A stretch of 63,874 nucleotides of DNA, the filler included, from Octopus bimaculoides (lineage: Eukaryota): NCBI RefSeq assembly GCF_001194135.2. It is 7 parts of 6 records of this genome, joined end to end, with 100 filler letters (N's around TTAATTAATTAA, not from the genome) between each part and the next. Parts side by side here need not be neighbours in the genome. Positions count along the whole stretch, not along the records: positions 35,588 to 39,222 come from NW_026332130.1; positions 39,323 to 51,234 come from NC_068986.1; 5 more parts are not named here. One strand, 5' to 3'. The notes beneath the pieces are model-generated. The model had not been told where the DNA came from and did not search any database. It was given only the letters and a program-made list of their open reading frames with translations. A program made the position numbers and the translations under genes. Shown one piece after another: positions 35,610 through 48,351 of this stretch (within the stretch, counting starts at the first letter, position 1; each line of letters starts with the position of its first letter).

Positions 35610-37665
35610 GCTTCACAAACAAAATGGACATTATCCATAATGTTAAAGTTACACCGACACTGATCACAATATAATAGAGCTGTCTATGTATGGAACAAAA
35701 GCTCCAGCAGACATACAGCCTACATGAAGCACCCAAAATCTCTCCATGCTAAATTTTCACAAAGCAAATTGGAAGCTGATTGAGAAAGAGATCCTCAAAC
35801 AGGATCGGCTTAAATGTCTCTCCACATCAGGCATTGACATGAAACACAAACATTTCATGTCCATAATACAAGCCATGTGTGACAAATCTGTCACATTGTG
35901 CAAGGCCAACATACACAAAAATGGGATCCCCAGAGAAAGGAAGATCCTTATGAACTGACGGACAAAGATTGCGAACCGCCTGAGCAAGCATCCCAAAAGC
36001 TGTGAGAAGTCTCGCCTGGTGAGAGTGCTATTGGAAATTGAGAAACGTCTGCATCAGTCTCATGAAAAGGAGAGAGCAAATAAAGAAGCTTGGGTAATAG
36101 AAAATATCAAGTCAAACCCTAAAGCTTTCTTTGTTTGCCAAAGAAACAGCCTCAATACGCCACAAGATAGGTCCCCTCTTCCGAAAAGACGGCTCCCTCA
36201 CAGGAAAGCCCATGAGGGTAAGTGAAATACTGAACGAACAGTTCCAAAGTGTGTTCACTGCACCGCTGGAACACAAGCAAGTGAACAAACCAAGCGGATT
36301 TCTTTGCCACATTATCTAAAACCAAAGAGGTTAAAAAAATTGAATATATAAACATTGAAGAAGAAGATGTAATGCTGGCCATAGATAAGGTTGACACAAA
36401 CTCAGCAGCTGACCCGGATGGGTTTCCAGCAATCCTACTCAAATCATGCAAGCGAGCTCTTACAAAACCACTGCACCTTCTCTTCCAGAACTTCCTTGCA
36501 AACGGTAAGCTCCCAGACAAACTGAAAGAAGGGATAATATGCCCTATCCATAAGGGAGGAAGCAGAGCAGATGCTAAAAATTATAGGCTTATCTCTCTGA
36601 CATCACAAATAATTCGCAAGAAACTAATCACGTTCCTAGAAGAAAATGACTTCCTGACTGACACCCAGCATGGATTTCGTCCAGGTAGAAGCTGTCTGAC
36701 ACAGCTCCTGCAACACTACGACTGGGTATTAAAACAGCTGCTGAATGACTGAAGTGTGATGTGATATATTTCAACTTTGCAAAAGCCTTTGACAAAGTTG
36801 ACCATGGTATGATGTATCACAAACTGCGCGATTTGGGTATATGTGGAAAACTTGGAGAATGGCTGCATGACTTTCTAAAGGAAAGACGTCAGGCAGTAGT
36901 GGCCAATGGAGTCACCTCCAAGGAAATGCAAATAACAAGCAGTGTTCCACAGGGCACTGTCTTGGGGCCATTGCTGTTCATAGTGGCCCTCTCAGACATG
37001 CCCTTGGCTACTCAGATAGCTACCCTTGCTAGCTATGCAGATGACACAAAAGTCTCTCAGACAATAGAAAATCCTGGAAATATTGCACATCTGCAACAGG
37101 AGTTGGACACAGTATACAGGTGGGCTGAGGACAACAACATGCAGTTTAATGCAGGAAAATTCCAGGCCCTATGCTACCAACACACAAAGCTAAACGACAT
37201 GCAGACAGGATACACTGGCTCCGGAGGAATTGCAATCCCTGAATCAAATTCAGTGTGTGACCTGGGCCTTGATATGAGCAATGATGCATCTTTCCAGGTG
37301 CATATTACCAACTTGGTAATAAAATGCAGACGGCTGGCTGGCTGGCTGGCTGGCTGGCTGGATCCTCCAAACTTTCAAAACAAGAGAAAAGGAGACATTG
37401 ATGATGCTCTGGAGGACATACATACTTAGCTGCTTAGACTATTGCTCCCAACTATGGTCCCCACACAATACAAAATCAATGGCAGAACTCAAAGCAATCC
37501 AACAAAGCTACACCAAGAAAATCATCTAGATGCAACATGTGAGCTACTGGGAAAGACTTAATGAATTAAAACTCTTGCAGTGATATACATCTAGAAAATC
37601 CTAGAAAGCCTTGTACCAAACTTTGGCATTGAAAGGATTTGGTAGACGGAAATTGAAAGAAGCCC

Positions 37666-37704
<39 letters not shown>

Positions 37705-38601
37705 NNNNNNNNNNNNNNNNNNNNNNNNNNNNNNNNNNNNNNNNNNNNNNNNNNNNNNNNNNNNNNNNNNNNNNNNNNNNNNNNNNNNNNNNNNNNNNNN
37801 NNNNNNNNNNNNNNNNNNNNNNNNNNNNNNNNNNNNNNNNNNNNNNNNNNNNNNNNNNNNNNNNNNNNNNNNNNNNNNNNNNNNNNNNNNNNNNNNNNNN
37901 NNNNNNNNNNNNNNNNNNNNNNNNNNNNNNNNNNNNNNNNNNNNNNNNNNNNNNNNNNNNNNNNNNNNNNNNNNNNNNNNNNNNNNNNNNNNNNNNNNNN
38001 NNNNNNNNNNNNNNNNNNNNNNNNNNNNNNNNNNNNNNNNNNNNNNNNNNNNNNNNNNNNNNNNNNNNNNNNNNNNNNNNNNNNNNNNNNNNNNNNNNNN
38101 NNNNNNNNNNNNNNNNNNNNNNNNNNNNNNNNNNNNNNNNNNNNNNNNNNNNNNNNNNNNNNNNNNNNNNNNNNNNNNNNNNNNNNNNNNNNNNNNNNNN
38201 NNNNNNNNNNNNNNNNNNNNNNNNNNNNNNNNNNNNNNNNNNNNNNNNNNNNNNNNNNNNNNNNNNNNNNNNNNNNNNNNNNNNNNNNNNNNNNNNNNNN
38301 NNNNNNNNNNNNNNNNNNNNNNNNNNNNNNNNNNNNNNNNNNNNNNNNNNNNNNNNNNNNNNNNNNNNNNNNNNNNNNNNNNNNNNNNNNNNNNNNNNNN
38401 NNNNNNNNNNNNNNNNNNNNNNNNNNNNNNNNNNNNNNNNNNNNNNNNNNNNNNNNNNNNNNNNNNNNNNNNNNNNNNNNNNNNNNNNNNNNNNNNNNNN
38501 NNNNNNNNNNNNNNNNNNNNNNNNNNNNNNNNNNNNNNNNNNNNNNNNNNNNNNNNNNNNNNNNNNNNNNNNNNNNNNNNNNNNNNNATATATATATATA
38601 C

Positions 38602-38680
<79 letters not shown>

Positions 38681-38697
38681 CAGATATATATATATAC

Positions 38698-38732
<35 letters not shown>

Positions 38733-38792
38733 TAAATATATATACATATATATATACATCATCATCATCATCATCATCATATACAGATAAAT

Positions 38793-38825
<33 letters not shown>

Positions 38826-39220
38826 CATATACATACATATATATATACATATACATACATATATATTCGTATATATGGCATCAAGTACTACAGGAATGCC
38901 GGCACGGGTCGCCACTGCAAGGTGCCAAAGGTGCCGTCCACTGCATCTCACATAAGAACAAGATACTGCAGCAGCCTCGGTTTCAGAGGACCTCAGCTCT
39001 TCAATGCCCTGCCAAAACATGAGAGACCTGCAAGACACGGATGTGGAGGTCTTCAAGACAAAACTCGACGCTTTCCTCTCCACGATACCAGACAAACCAA
39101 TGGCTCGAAATGAGACACGGTTTAGGGCAGCGATGTCAAATTCTCTTGTACACCAGATGTGCCATCAAAGCACTTGATTGGACTATATCAGGTGCAGGAG
39201 AAGAGCCATGCACGGAACGT
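35610..39220 (+). pseudogene. CR1/Jockey-group LINE ORF2 (end of APE domain, RT, C-terminus), interrupted by microsatellite and gap at 37635-38870
   Basis: DHNIIEL; SAADPDGFPAILLK; PIHKGGSRADAKNYRLISLTS; QHGFRPGRSCLTQLL; YFNFAKAFDKVDHG; VPQGTVLGPLLF; YADDTK; LDYCSQLWSP; [15 protein letters not shown]. Multiple stops and frameshifts. Confidence 0.93.
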
Positions 39221-39656
39221 GANNNNNNNNNNNNNNNNNNNNNNNNNNNNNNNNNNNNNNNNNNNNTTAATTAATTAANNNNNNNNNNNNNNNNNNNNNN
39301 NNNNNNNNNNNNNNNNNNNNNNATATATATATATATATATATATATACATACATACATACATACATACATATAAATATATGCGTATATATGTCTGTATGT
39401 ATATATATATATATTACACCTTGTGAACTTTCGGTTCTAGTCACATTACGGGCGTGTCATATGGAGACAAATAAACGCGAAGTATATGTGAATAATACAT
39501 TCATTGACACACATACACACACAATGGCACATAATACGCACATGTACATATATAACTCATATATATACATATATATACATATATATACATATATAAGCTC
39601 ATATATAACTATACAGGGATATTTTCATGTTTATATAAATGCACATTCTTACACAT

Positions 39657-39865
39657 AAAGGCGGCGAGCTGCCAGAAACGTTAGTACATCGCGCGAAATG
39701 CTTAGCGGTAATCCGTCTGCCGTTAGGTTCTGAGTTCAAATTCCCCCGAGGTCGATTTTGCCTTTTATCCTTCCAGGGTCGACAAATTATGTACCACCTG
39801 CGTATTGGGGTCGATCTAATCGACTGGCTACCTCCCACAAAATTTCGGACCTTGTACCTAGATTA
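39657..39865 (+). mobile_element. SINE family A, older-tail copy
   Basis: AAGGCGGCGAGCTGCCAGAAACG head; CCTCCCACAAAATTTCGGACCTTGTACC tail. Confidence 0.88.
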
Positions 39866-42384
39866 AATTTTTTTTTACATATATATATATGTCTGTGCGT
39901 GTATGTGTGTATATATACATACATACATGTATGTCTGTCTGTATGTATATATGCATGTATATAAATATAGAAAATTATGCTAAAGTTGGCTTCAATATCT
40001 GAACGTCAACAAAGTTAAGTTAGATTTTGTTTTACTATTTACATTTTCTACCAATTAATATTCACCGAGACACGGTAACGATTCGATGTCAACAGTTTCA
40101 GTGTAGAATCATAAATNNNNNNNNNNNNNNNNNNNNNNNNNNNNNNNNNNNNNNNNNNNNNNNNNNNNNNNNNNNNNNNNNNNNNNNNNNNNNNNNNNNN
40201 NNNNNNNNNNNNNNNNNNNNNNNNNNNNNNNNNNNNNNNNNNNNNNNNNNNNNNNNNNNNNNNNNNNNNNNNNNNNNNNNNNNNNNNNNNNNNNNNNNNN
40301 NNNNNNNNNNNNNNNNNNNNNNNNNNNNNNNNNNNNNNNNNNNNNNNNNNNNNNNNNNNNNNNNNNNNNNNNNNNNNNNNNNNNNNNNNNNNNNNNNNNN
40401 NNNNNNNNNNNNNNNNNNNNNNNNNNNNNNNNNNNNNNNNNNNNNNNNNNNNNNNNNNNNNNNNNNNNNNNNNNNNNNNNNNNNNNNNNNNNNNNNNNNN
40501 NNNNNNNNNNNNNNNNNNNNNNNNNNNNNNNNNNNNNNNNNNNNNNNNNNNNNNNNNNNNNNNNNNNNNNNNNNNNNNNNNNNNNNNNNNNNNNNNNNNN
40601 NNNNNNNNNNNNNNNNNNNNNNNNNNNNNNNNNNNNNNNNNNNNNNNNNNNNNNNNNNNNNNNNNNNNNNNNNNNNNNNNNNNNNNNNNNNNNNNNNNNN
40701 NNNNNNNNNNNNNNNNNNNNNNNNNNNNNNNNNNNNNNNNNNNNNNNNNNNNNNNNNNNNNNNNNNNNNNNNNNNNNNNNNNNNNNNNNNNNNNNNNNNN
40801 NNNNNNNNNNNNNNNNNNNNNNNNNNNNNNNNNNNNNNNNNNNNNNNNNNNNNNNNNNNNNNNNNNNNNNNNNNNNNNNNNTATATATATATATACATAT
40901 ACATATACATACGTACACACAGACATTCGTACACACGTGTGAGTCTATGTGTGTGTATACGTCTTTATGCTTGTGTTTGAAAATCGGTGTTGGTCAATCA
41001 AATATAAATACAAAAATTAAACAATAAGTCGATTTGTTGGACAAAATATTTCATGGTAGTGCCCCAACATGGCCGCAGTCCAATAAAAAGATAAAATCAC
41101 CATTAATATAGTAATACAGCGTGTGCTTGATATCCCATATCTGGAAGACTTAAATGATGATCATTAGATGAGAAATATTTATATATATATATTGTGCAAA
41201 GAGTCATTTTTACATGGATTGTTTTAAAAATAATGAGAATGAAGGTGATATAACGTCATATTAACTTAGAAAAGTTTTAAAATAAGCTACATTGGGCAGA
41301 TATAACTATTCGGTTGAATATATGAATGTGTGTCATGAAATGTTTTCAAATACGGTTTTGTGAATTACTGCAATTGATTTAAGATGTGACAGAATCTTTA
41401 TATGTATGGAAATATCTCAACGTGTTCTAAAGACTATAAAAGAAATAGAGATCGTAAATTGTTACTTATTGATCTTTTCAATCTTGTGATATAATCTCAC
41501 AATGTATTAGTAGTTATCAAAATGTTGACACTTAGCAAAAAGCTCTGATCTGACATTCAGCTAGTATACTGATTTATTAAGTTTGTTGAGGATGAAACAT
41601 TTTGTAAGTCCGCAGAACCTGCAAAATTTTGTACCGTTTTTGATTGTCTGTATCTCTCGAAAATCCTTCTTGATAGTAAAATCATGTGCAGATACTTCCA
41701 AATTCCAAATATAACTGGTTAGTTTTGTTGCTTTCTTCTTTTCTAAATTTCTGAATGTAGGAATACTGTTAACGTATATTTGGTTATATTTCCTTTACGT
41801 TTTTGGCTTTACCCATAGAGTTTAAGTTTCGTTTGGCAGGTAACTGTATATAATCATATGAAGGTTTTCATGTGATTAAAGGAGTATGTATTTGTACTTC
41901 ACCATGTGCAGTCAGCTTCTAATAATTCAGTTATTTACTTTTAAATATAGATTTCCATATTAGTGTTACCACTACTCCTCGTTTTAATTTTAATTCCTAA
42001 ATAAGACATCTACTTCCACAATTTTACTCCAGCATGAATCATTCCTACCTCGATAGCCCCTGTCATCTATACCGTCAAATCTTAATGATAAATCCCTTCG
42101 CTCATTACCATACAAAAATACACATAATGCTACACCGGAAGCCTTAAGATAACAGACTAACAATTCTAATATTTGGCTGATATTAGCGTCCGGAATTAAG
42201 TTTCTGTTGTTTAATGTGTCTTTAGTATTCTGAGACAAGATATCTCAACTGGATTGTATTATATATCACTCAAGAATTACATCATTGGATATTTTCACTG
42301 TACAAAACGTATTAGGAACTCGTTGAAATATAAACATACAATTATACACAAACAAAAACACACACATATACAGTTACATATATA

Positions 42385-42675
42385 TACTCTTTTACTCTTT
42401 TACTTGTTTCAGTCATTTGACTGCGGCTATGCTGGAGCACCGCCTTTATAGTCGACCAAACCGACTCCAGAGCTTATTCTTTGTAAGCCTAGTACTTATT
42501 CTATCGGTCCCTTTTGCCGAACCGCTAAGTTACGGGGANNNNNNNNNNACCAAATCCACTCACAAGGCTTTGGTCGGCCCGAGGCTATAGTAGAAGACAC
42601 TTACCTAAAGTACCAAGCAGTGAGACAGGACCCGGGACCATGTGGTTGGTGAGCAAGCTACTTACCACACAACCA
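42385..42675 (-). mobile_element. SINE family B, near full length with a gap at the internal microsatellite position
   Basis: 3' half 42385-42538 and 5' half 42549-42675 are collinear on the minus strand. Confidence 0.85.
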
Positions 42676-42719
42676 ACTTGCTTTCTCGTATACGAGCAAA
42701 GCCATTGCTAGAAATAATC

Positions 42720-43335
42720 ACTAAAATGGGTCATTATTGTTGATGCAATGTGAGGCCCCTGTATAACTCATGAGTCCGACGAAAGCTTTTCGCATTCTAT
42801 TGTGTAAAGTACAGCTGTGCTGGCTGGCAGGAGGAACATGCGCCACAGTATGAATTCTTTTTTTGACATGCCTTTTCAATCCTCCAACTGAAAGGTACGT
42901 CTTTCCACAAGTTGCACATGTGCTGTTGTGAGCAACAGCCATATCACAATTTGACATGGGTCGATTCCTATGAGTTCTCTGAATGCTGACCATGCCCGCA
43001 CGACTCAAGAAACTCCTCCCACAAAACAAATAGCAACACTCCTACATTTTCCACAAGTTAATTTCTTGTAAGCCTTCTCTTGATCTTCTTGTGATTCATT
43101 TTCTCTCTTTCAAACTTCAAACAACCACTGTGAACTCTTTTCCTCCATCCATTTTGGCCTTGTCTTTCCCTCTTCCAATCAACAAGTGAAACTCCTGTCT
43201 GTGTCAGAGCAATTCTGAGGCAGTCCTTGAACCGCATTTTGGGCTTATGCTCTGATCTCCTGCTGTCCTTCAGATCATCACACAAAAGATCCTTGAGAGG
43301 TCTTTCATTATTCATTCTTACCAGATGTCCACCCC
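42720..43335 (-). pseudogene. RTE-clade LINE 3' end with C2H2-like zinc fingers
   Basis: GHLVRMNNERPLKDLL..L..S.RS..KPKMRFKDCL..W....WRKRVHSG..FE and CATCGKTYLSVGGLKRHVK..H. Confidence 0.8.
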
Positions 43336-44354
43336 CACCTCAAAGAAGTTTCAGAAGTACCCCCCACATCACTGAAAGCCTTTTTCCATAATAGGTCATA
43401 ACGTGTACGTACATACGAAGGGAATCTAAGGGGTTCTGCGCCGCATGGCACTAATGCACGAAACTCTCGGCCTTTGAAGCAACTTATATTTCAACCGATT
43501 AAAAATATGAAAATCTCTATGTTTTTACTTTGAATTCTGCTCATACTGTTTCTAATACCAGAACTCTCTCCATGACTGTCAGTCTGTTATATATATATAT
43601 ATATATATTTTAATAATATAGGGTAAAATTAGTAGTAATTTTACCAGGTAGCCAGTACGTGAAATAAAAACCTTTTAGGTAAATTTTATAAATTATAACA
43701 AGAGATGAACTATGTGCATCGCTACGTATTGAATTCTCGGATATTTTTATGGTAGTAAAAAAGACATTAGCGTCTATTTCTAATTCAGTACGTGGCGAGG
43801 CACATAGATGACCCCTTGTTATAATTATGTATATAATTATAGAATTATATATATATATATATATATATATACCAGACGATATATATTGGTATGGACACTA
43901 AATCACGAAGTATCTACATACATTCACAGGCAGTTAAACAGATTCGTATATGAATGCATTCAACTTCTTCTCACAATCTCTTTCTACATGTACACGCACA
44001 CATGTAGACACGCATATATACAGACACACACACAGATACATCCACACACACACACACACACACATATGTATGCTTGTACTTATTTGTATCTTAATACATA
44101 CATATATATGCATATATATATGTGTGTGTATGTATGTATGTATGTATGTATGTATATATTACGTATGTATTATGTATGTGTGTACGTTTGACAGTGAGTG
44201 TCTGGGTGTGAGCGTGCGAACGTGTGGAATAGAAATGTAGCAGACATTTTAACATTTTAATAACCAGACAGCTGTCCCGTTTTGTTCAATTAGCTTGAAA
44301 TAAATCTTTAGCAGATAATCTGTTAAAAAATGTGTTTCAACTCCTTTTCCCATC

Positions 44355-44870
44355 ACACCCATACCCGCACACATTCTCTCACACACACACGCACACACAC
44401 ACACACATTCTCACACACACACACACACACGCGCACGCACACACACACATTCTCACACACACACACACGCACTCAGACACACACATTCTCACACTCACAC
44501 AAGTACTCACACACTCAAGTACACACACGCAAACACATACACACACGCATACACACGCACACAGACTCTCACACACGCACACATACGCACACACAGAGAC
44601 ACTCTCACGCACACGCAAGTAAACACACTCATACGCACACTCATACACACACACACATACGCACACACACACATTCTCACGCATACGCAAATACACACAC
44701 TCACGCACACACACACGCACACACACACACACATTCTCNNNNNNNNNNCGCAAATACACACACACTCACGCACACACACACGCACACACACACACACACA
44801 TTCTCACAATACACAAGCACACACGCATTCACAAACACACACATTCTCACACACGCACACTCACATTCAA
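44355..44870. repeat. CA-rich compound minisatellite ((CA)n-TTCTC units)
   Basis: Direct reading. Confidence 0.9.
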
Positions 44871-45593
44871 ACCTATACATTTATATATACAAGTGATTAG
44901 TACTTCAACTTGTTTAATTGGTAGTTGATTAGTTCAGTACAACACAAGAAGAAAATAAATTTAAATCTTACAAAAAAAAAAAAAAAACCGAAAAGAAAAA
45001 ATAATGGTGAAGTGAAGAAAGTGGAACTAGATGTCATAATTTACCATTGTTTACGGAAGGAACTGACAATTATTCAATTCTGGATTTCTCTTCTGGTCAA
45101 TATTTAACAAGGTTGTGTTCTGTGTCTAGACTCTGTTATTAAAACGAAGGTTCTCCGCTGCCTCTTACACTACCACTCTCCCCCCTCGCTCTATCTCTAT
45201 AATATTATGTGTGTGTATGTGTGTTTGTATGTATATGTACATCTATATATAATCGTGTGCTTTATATGAGTGTGTGTATATAAATTATAATTATTATTAT
45301 AAGATNNNNNNNNNNNNNNNNNNNNNNNNNNNNNNNNNNNNNNNNNNNNNNNNNNNNNNNNNNNNNNNNNNNNNNNNNNNNNNNNNNNNNNNNNNNNNNN
45401 NNNNNNNNNNNNNNNNNNNNNNNNNNNNNNNNNNNNNNNNNNNNNNNNNNNNNNNNNNNNNNNNNNNNNNNNNNNNNNNNNNNNNNNNNNNNNNNNNNNN
45501 NNNNNNNNNNNNNNNNNNNNNNNNNNNNNNNNNNNNNNNNNNNNNNNNNNNNNNNNNNNNNNNNNNNNNNNNNNNNNNNNNNNNNNNNNNNNN

Positions 45594-45652
<59 letters not shown>

Positions 45653-46119
45653 CTGTGTGTGTGTGTGTGTGTGTGTGTGTCTATGTATGTATATATGTAT
45701 GCATGTATGTATGTATGTATGTTTTTAATTCTATACGATATAGTTCATATTTAATCTTTTCTGTTTCTCAGTTCGAATTTCTCTGCAATATATACTATTA
45801 TTGACTTAATTAAGTAATTAATAAAACTGCCTAAGTCAATAAGGAATTTAAGCACCCAATACTGACAAGTGAGTATATTGTCTTAAGTTTTATTTAAAAT
45901 TCATTGCTGCTGGCCTCTAACGATGCTATCTTCATTTTATTGCTTTATTTAACTTGAACATTTTCATACTTTCAACAACCCTTTAAGATCTTGAGGTTTT
46001 GACCTTGCTGTGTTTGTTTATAAATCAGCACTCGTTTTGTGTATTGTAACTAGGGGTCAGTTTGGGAGGGGAATGTAAACAATTTATGGCAATTATTTTT
46101 GTGGCAATACGGTACAAGG

Positions 46120-46325
46120 TAAGCAATTCTGGAGTTTCGGGGTCAAGACGATTAAATCAAGCCCAGAACTTTACTGTTTTTTTTTAAATTTATTTTATCG
46201 ACCCCAAAGGATGAAAGGAAAAATTGACCGCGGCGGGATTTTAAATCAGAACATACAAAACCTGAAGAAATGTCGCTAAGTATTTGTACGACGCGCAGTT
46301 CATTTTACAAGCACACCGCATTAAT
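46120..46325 (-). mobile_element. SINE family A degenerate copy
   Basis: TTTTATCGACCCCAAAGGATGAAAGGAAAAATTGACCGCGGCGG is the reverse complement of the core. Confidence 0.75.
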
Positions 46326-46769
46326 CTTGCCGTATATTAAATTACTTTTACACCTGTGAAAAATTACGCTTTTCCTTTTGGTTAACCCCTAAATTAAGCC
46401 CAAAGATGTTGTTTCTCATCTTCGAAATTTTGTATTTCAAACATCCATCCATCCATCCATCTTGTCCTTCACTATTCTCGGAAATGTCGTGGGGGTACGG
46501 TCTGCAGGAAACTCCTCCATAAGGTCCCATCAAATACAGCCGTCATTACACTTGATGCTCGTACGTGATCAACTAAGACTGTACATGTTATCTAAGCATT
46601 TGGTTCGGCTTGAAGAATCCGTCTTACGATTCTTTTCTCCAATTTCTGAAACAAGAACATCTTTTAAGAGGGATCTGTGTGATTCTAGAAAAATCTGTTT
46701 ATGTTTTCCAGGAGGTCAAGTGACTATTAAAATTTTCCATCTTGGTTCTGTTTCGTATTGTTTTCAATC

Positions 46770-47075
46770 TCTTCTTGTAACCATTGTTTTGCACCTCCGG
46801 TACAACCATTTTCAAATTCTATAGCAGATCAATTTATTAAGACATTGCTGGCGCCATTCTTTATTAGTACCTAAATATATTTGAATAAAAATTCTGCATC
46901 TCACATGTTTATGTGACGATAGGCACCATTGTATTGCGAAGATCGGCTTTTAAAATTATTTTTCGTCAGCTTGGTATAGTTTCCGATCTTTGCACTTCCT
47001 GCTGTTACAATATCCTTTCTGAATCATTCCGTTTTGAGTGGCGAGATAATTACATTCTTTGCTGAATCAGCTATT
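46770..47075 (-). pseudogene. Highly decayed Penelope-like GIY-YIG remnant, second family
   Basis: KNVIIS..NYTKLTKNNFKSRSSQYNGAYRH..EFLFKYI*VL..IN*SAIE..CTGGAKQ resembles YIGxTxxxFKxRxxxH..ELSKYIWxLK..IxWSI..YxxGxKxC. Confidence 0.4.
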
Positions 47076-47254
47076 TTATATTACGATATATCATCGAAAT
47101 ATCACGGTCTTCTGTTCTTCAGTATAACTTGTCACACTTATCACATATTGATAGTTGAAACTTTATAAATCTATTCTTAATTAAAAACTGTACTTGTAGC
47201 TAGGGGACACAGATTTGACAGAATATCTGTTAATGAGCTAAGCGTCATAGGTTC

Positions 47255-47650
47255 GTACCCAGGATGAGAGCATGGCTGTGCGGTTAAGAAGGTCGCTTTG
47301 CAAGCCATTGATTCAGTTTCAGTCCCACAGCGCGTATTTTATGCAAATGTCTTCCACTATAGCTCCTGACCGCCAATGCCTTACGAATGAGTCTGATTGA
47401 CAGAAACTGTGCTGAAACCCGTCCTTCGTCGTATATAATATTTTATTCTTTTATTATTTTGCTTGCGTCTGTCATTAGACTGCGGCCATGCTGGGGCAAC
47501 GCCTTGAAGGATTTTTAGTAGAATGAATCGACCTCAATACTTAACTTTTTGCTAAGTCTGGCCTCTTTTGCCGAATCGCTAAGTTACGGGGACATAAACG
47601 CACCAACAGCGGTTTTAAAGCGGTGTTAGGAGACGAACACGGACACAAAC
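47255..47650. mobile_element. SINE family B 5' half (plus, 47255-47425) next to a 3' half (minus, 47450-47650)
   Basis: Match to 50520-50660 and reverse-complement match to 50870-51040. Confidence 0.75.
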
Positions 47651-48240
47651 ACAGGTACTTTCATATATATATATATATATATGTATGATCCAGGGTCACG
47701 TGTGTACGAAGTTTGTGAGCTTCATGCAATAGTGTAGAGAAGAGGAAGTGAATACTATTGAATATTATGCAGTAAAAAAAAATGATTGCAAGCTGGGGTA
47801 AACTACCGTTACCTCTAGCGGACGAGTATCCACCACCGAGAATCACAAAGAGGTCGAAACTGTACGGTCTGGTGTTCTTCTGGCTGGAAGATGGTAACCT
47901 GTCATTTTTAAATGGCGATAAATGTTACTTCCCAGTATAGTTACTGCTTTCATCTCTTATAGAAAATGTTCCTTAAATAGCGAATTAGCCTGTTGTATGT
48001 TATATAATTTCGCCCCTCATCGAAGTTACGAAGACTTCCAATAAGCTGATTGCTTGTATACAACTCACAGTTAACAACTAACGCTGTTAAGAATGCGAAT
48101 AAAAATCAAAGTTTTTTTAACAGAATAGGTAGAATATAGGCTACATATGTTTCTTCACTAACTGAAGTACTTTATGTTAGTCTTACGCAACGAACACTCC
48201 ACAGCCGAAATTACCCCGGGGAGTGTACTACTAGAATAAT

Positions 48241-48351
48241 CAGGCTTGCCACCAAATAATGGCCACTCTAAAGCAATAGAAAAATGAAAAAAAAATCTTT
48301 GCTTTGACTTTTCTATTCCTTTAGACTGGCCATTATTTGGTGGCAAGCCTG
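48241..48351. mobile_element. 111-bp palindromic MITE-like element
   Basis: 43-bp arms CAGGCTTGCCACCAAATAATGGCCACTCTAAAGCAATAGAAAA and TTTTCTATTCCTTTAGACTGGCCATTATTTGGTGGCAAGCCTG; no TSD found. Confidence 0.6.
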
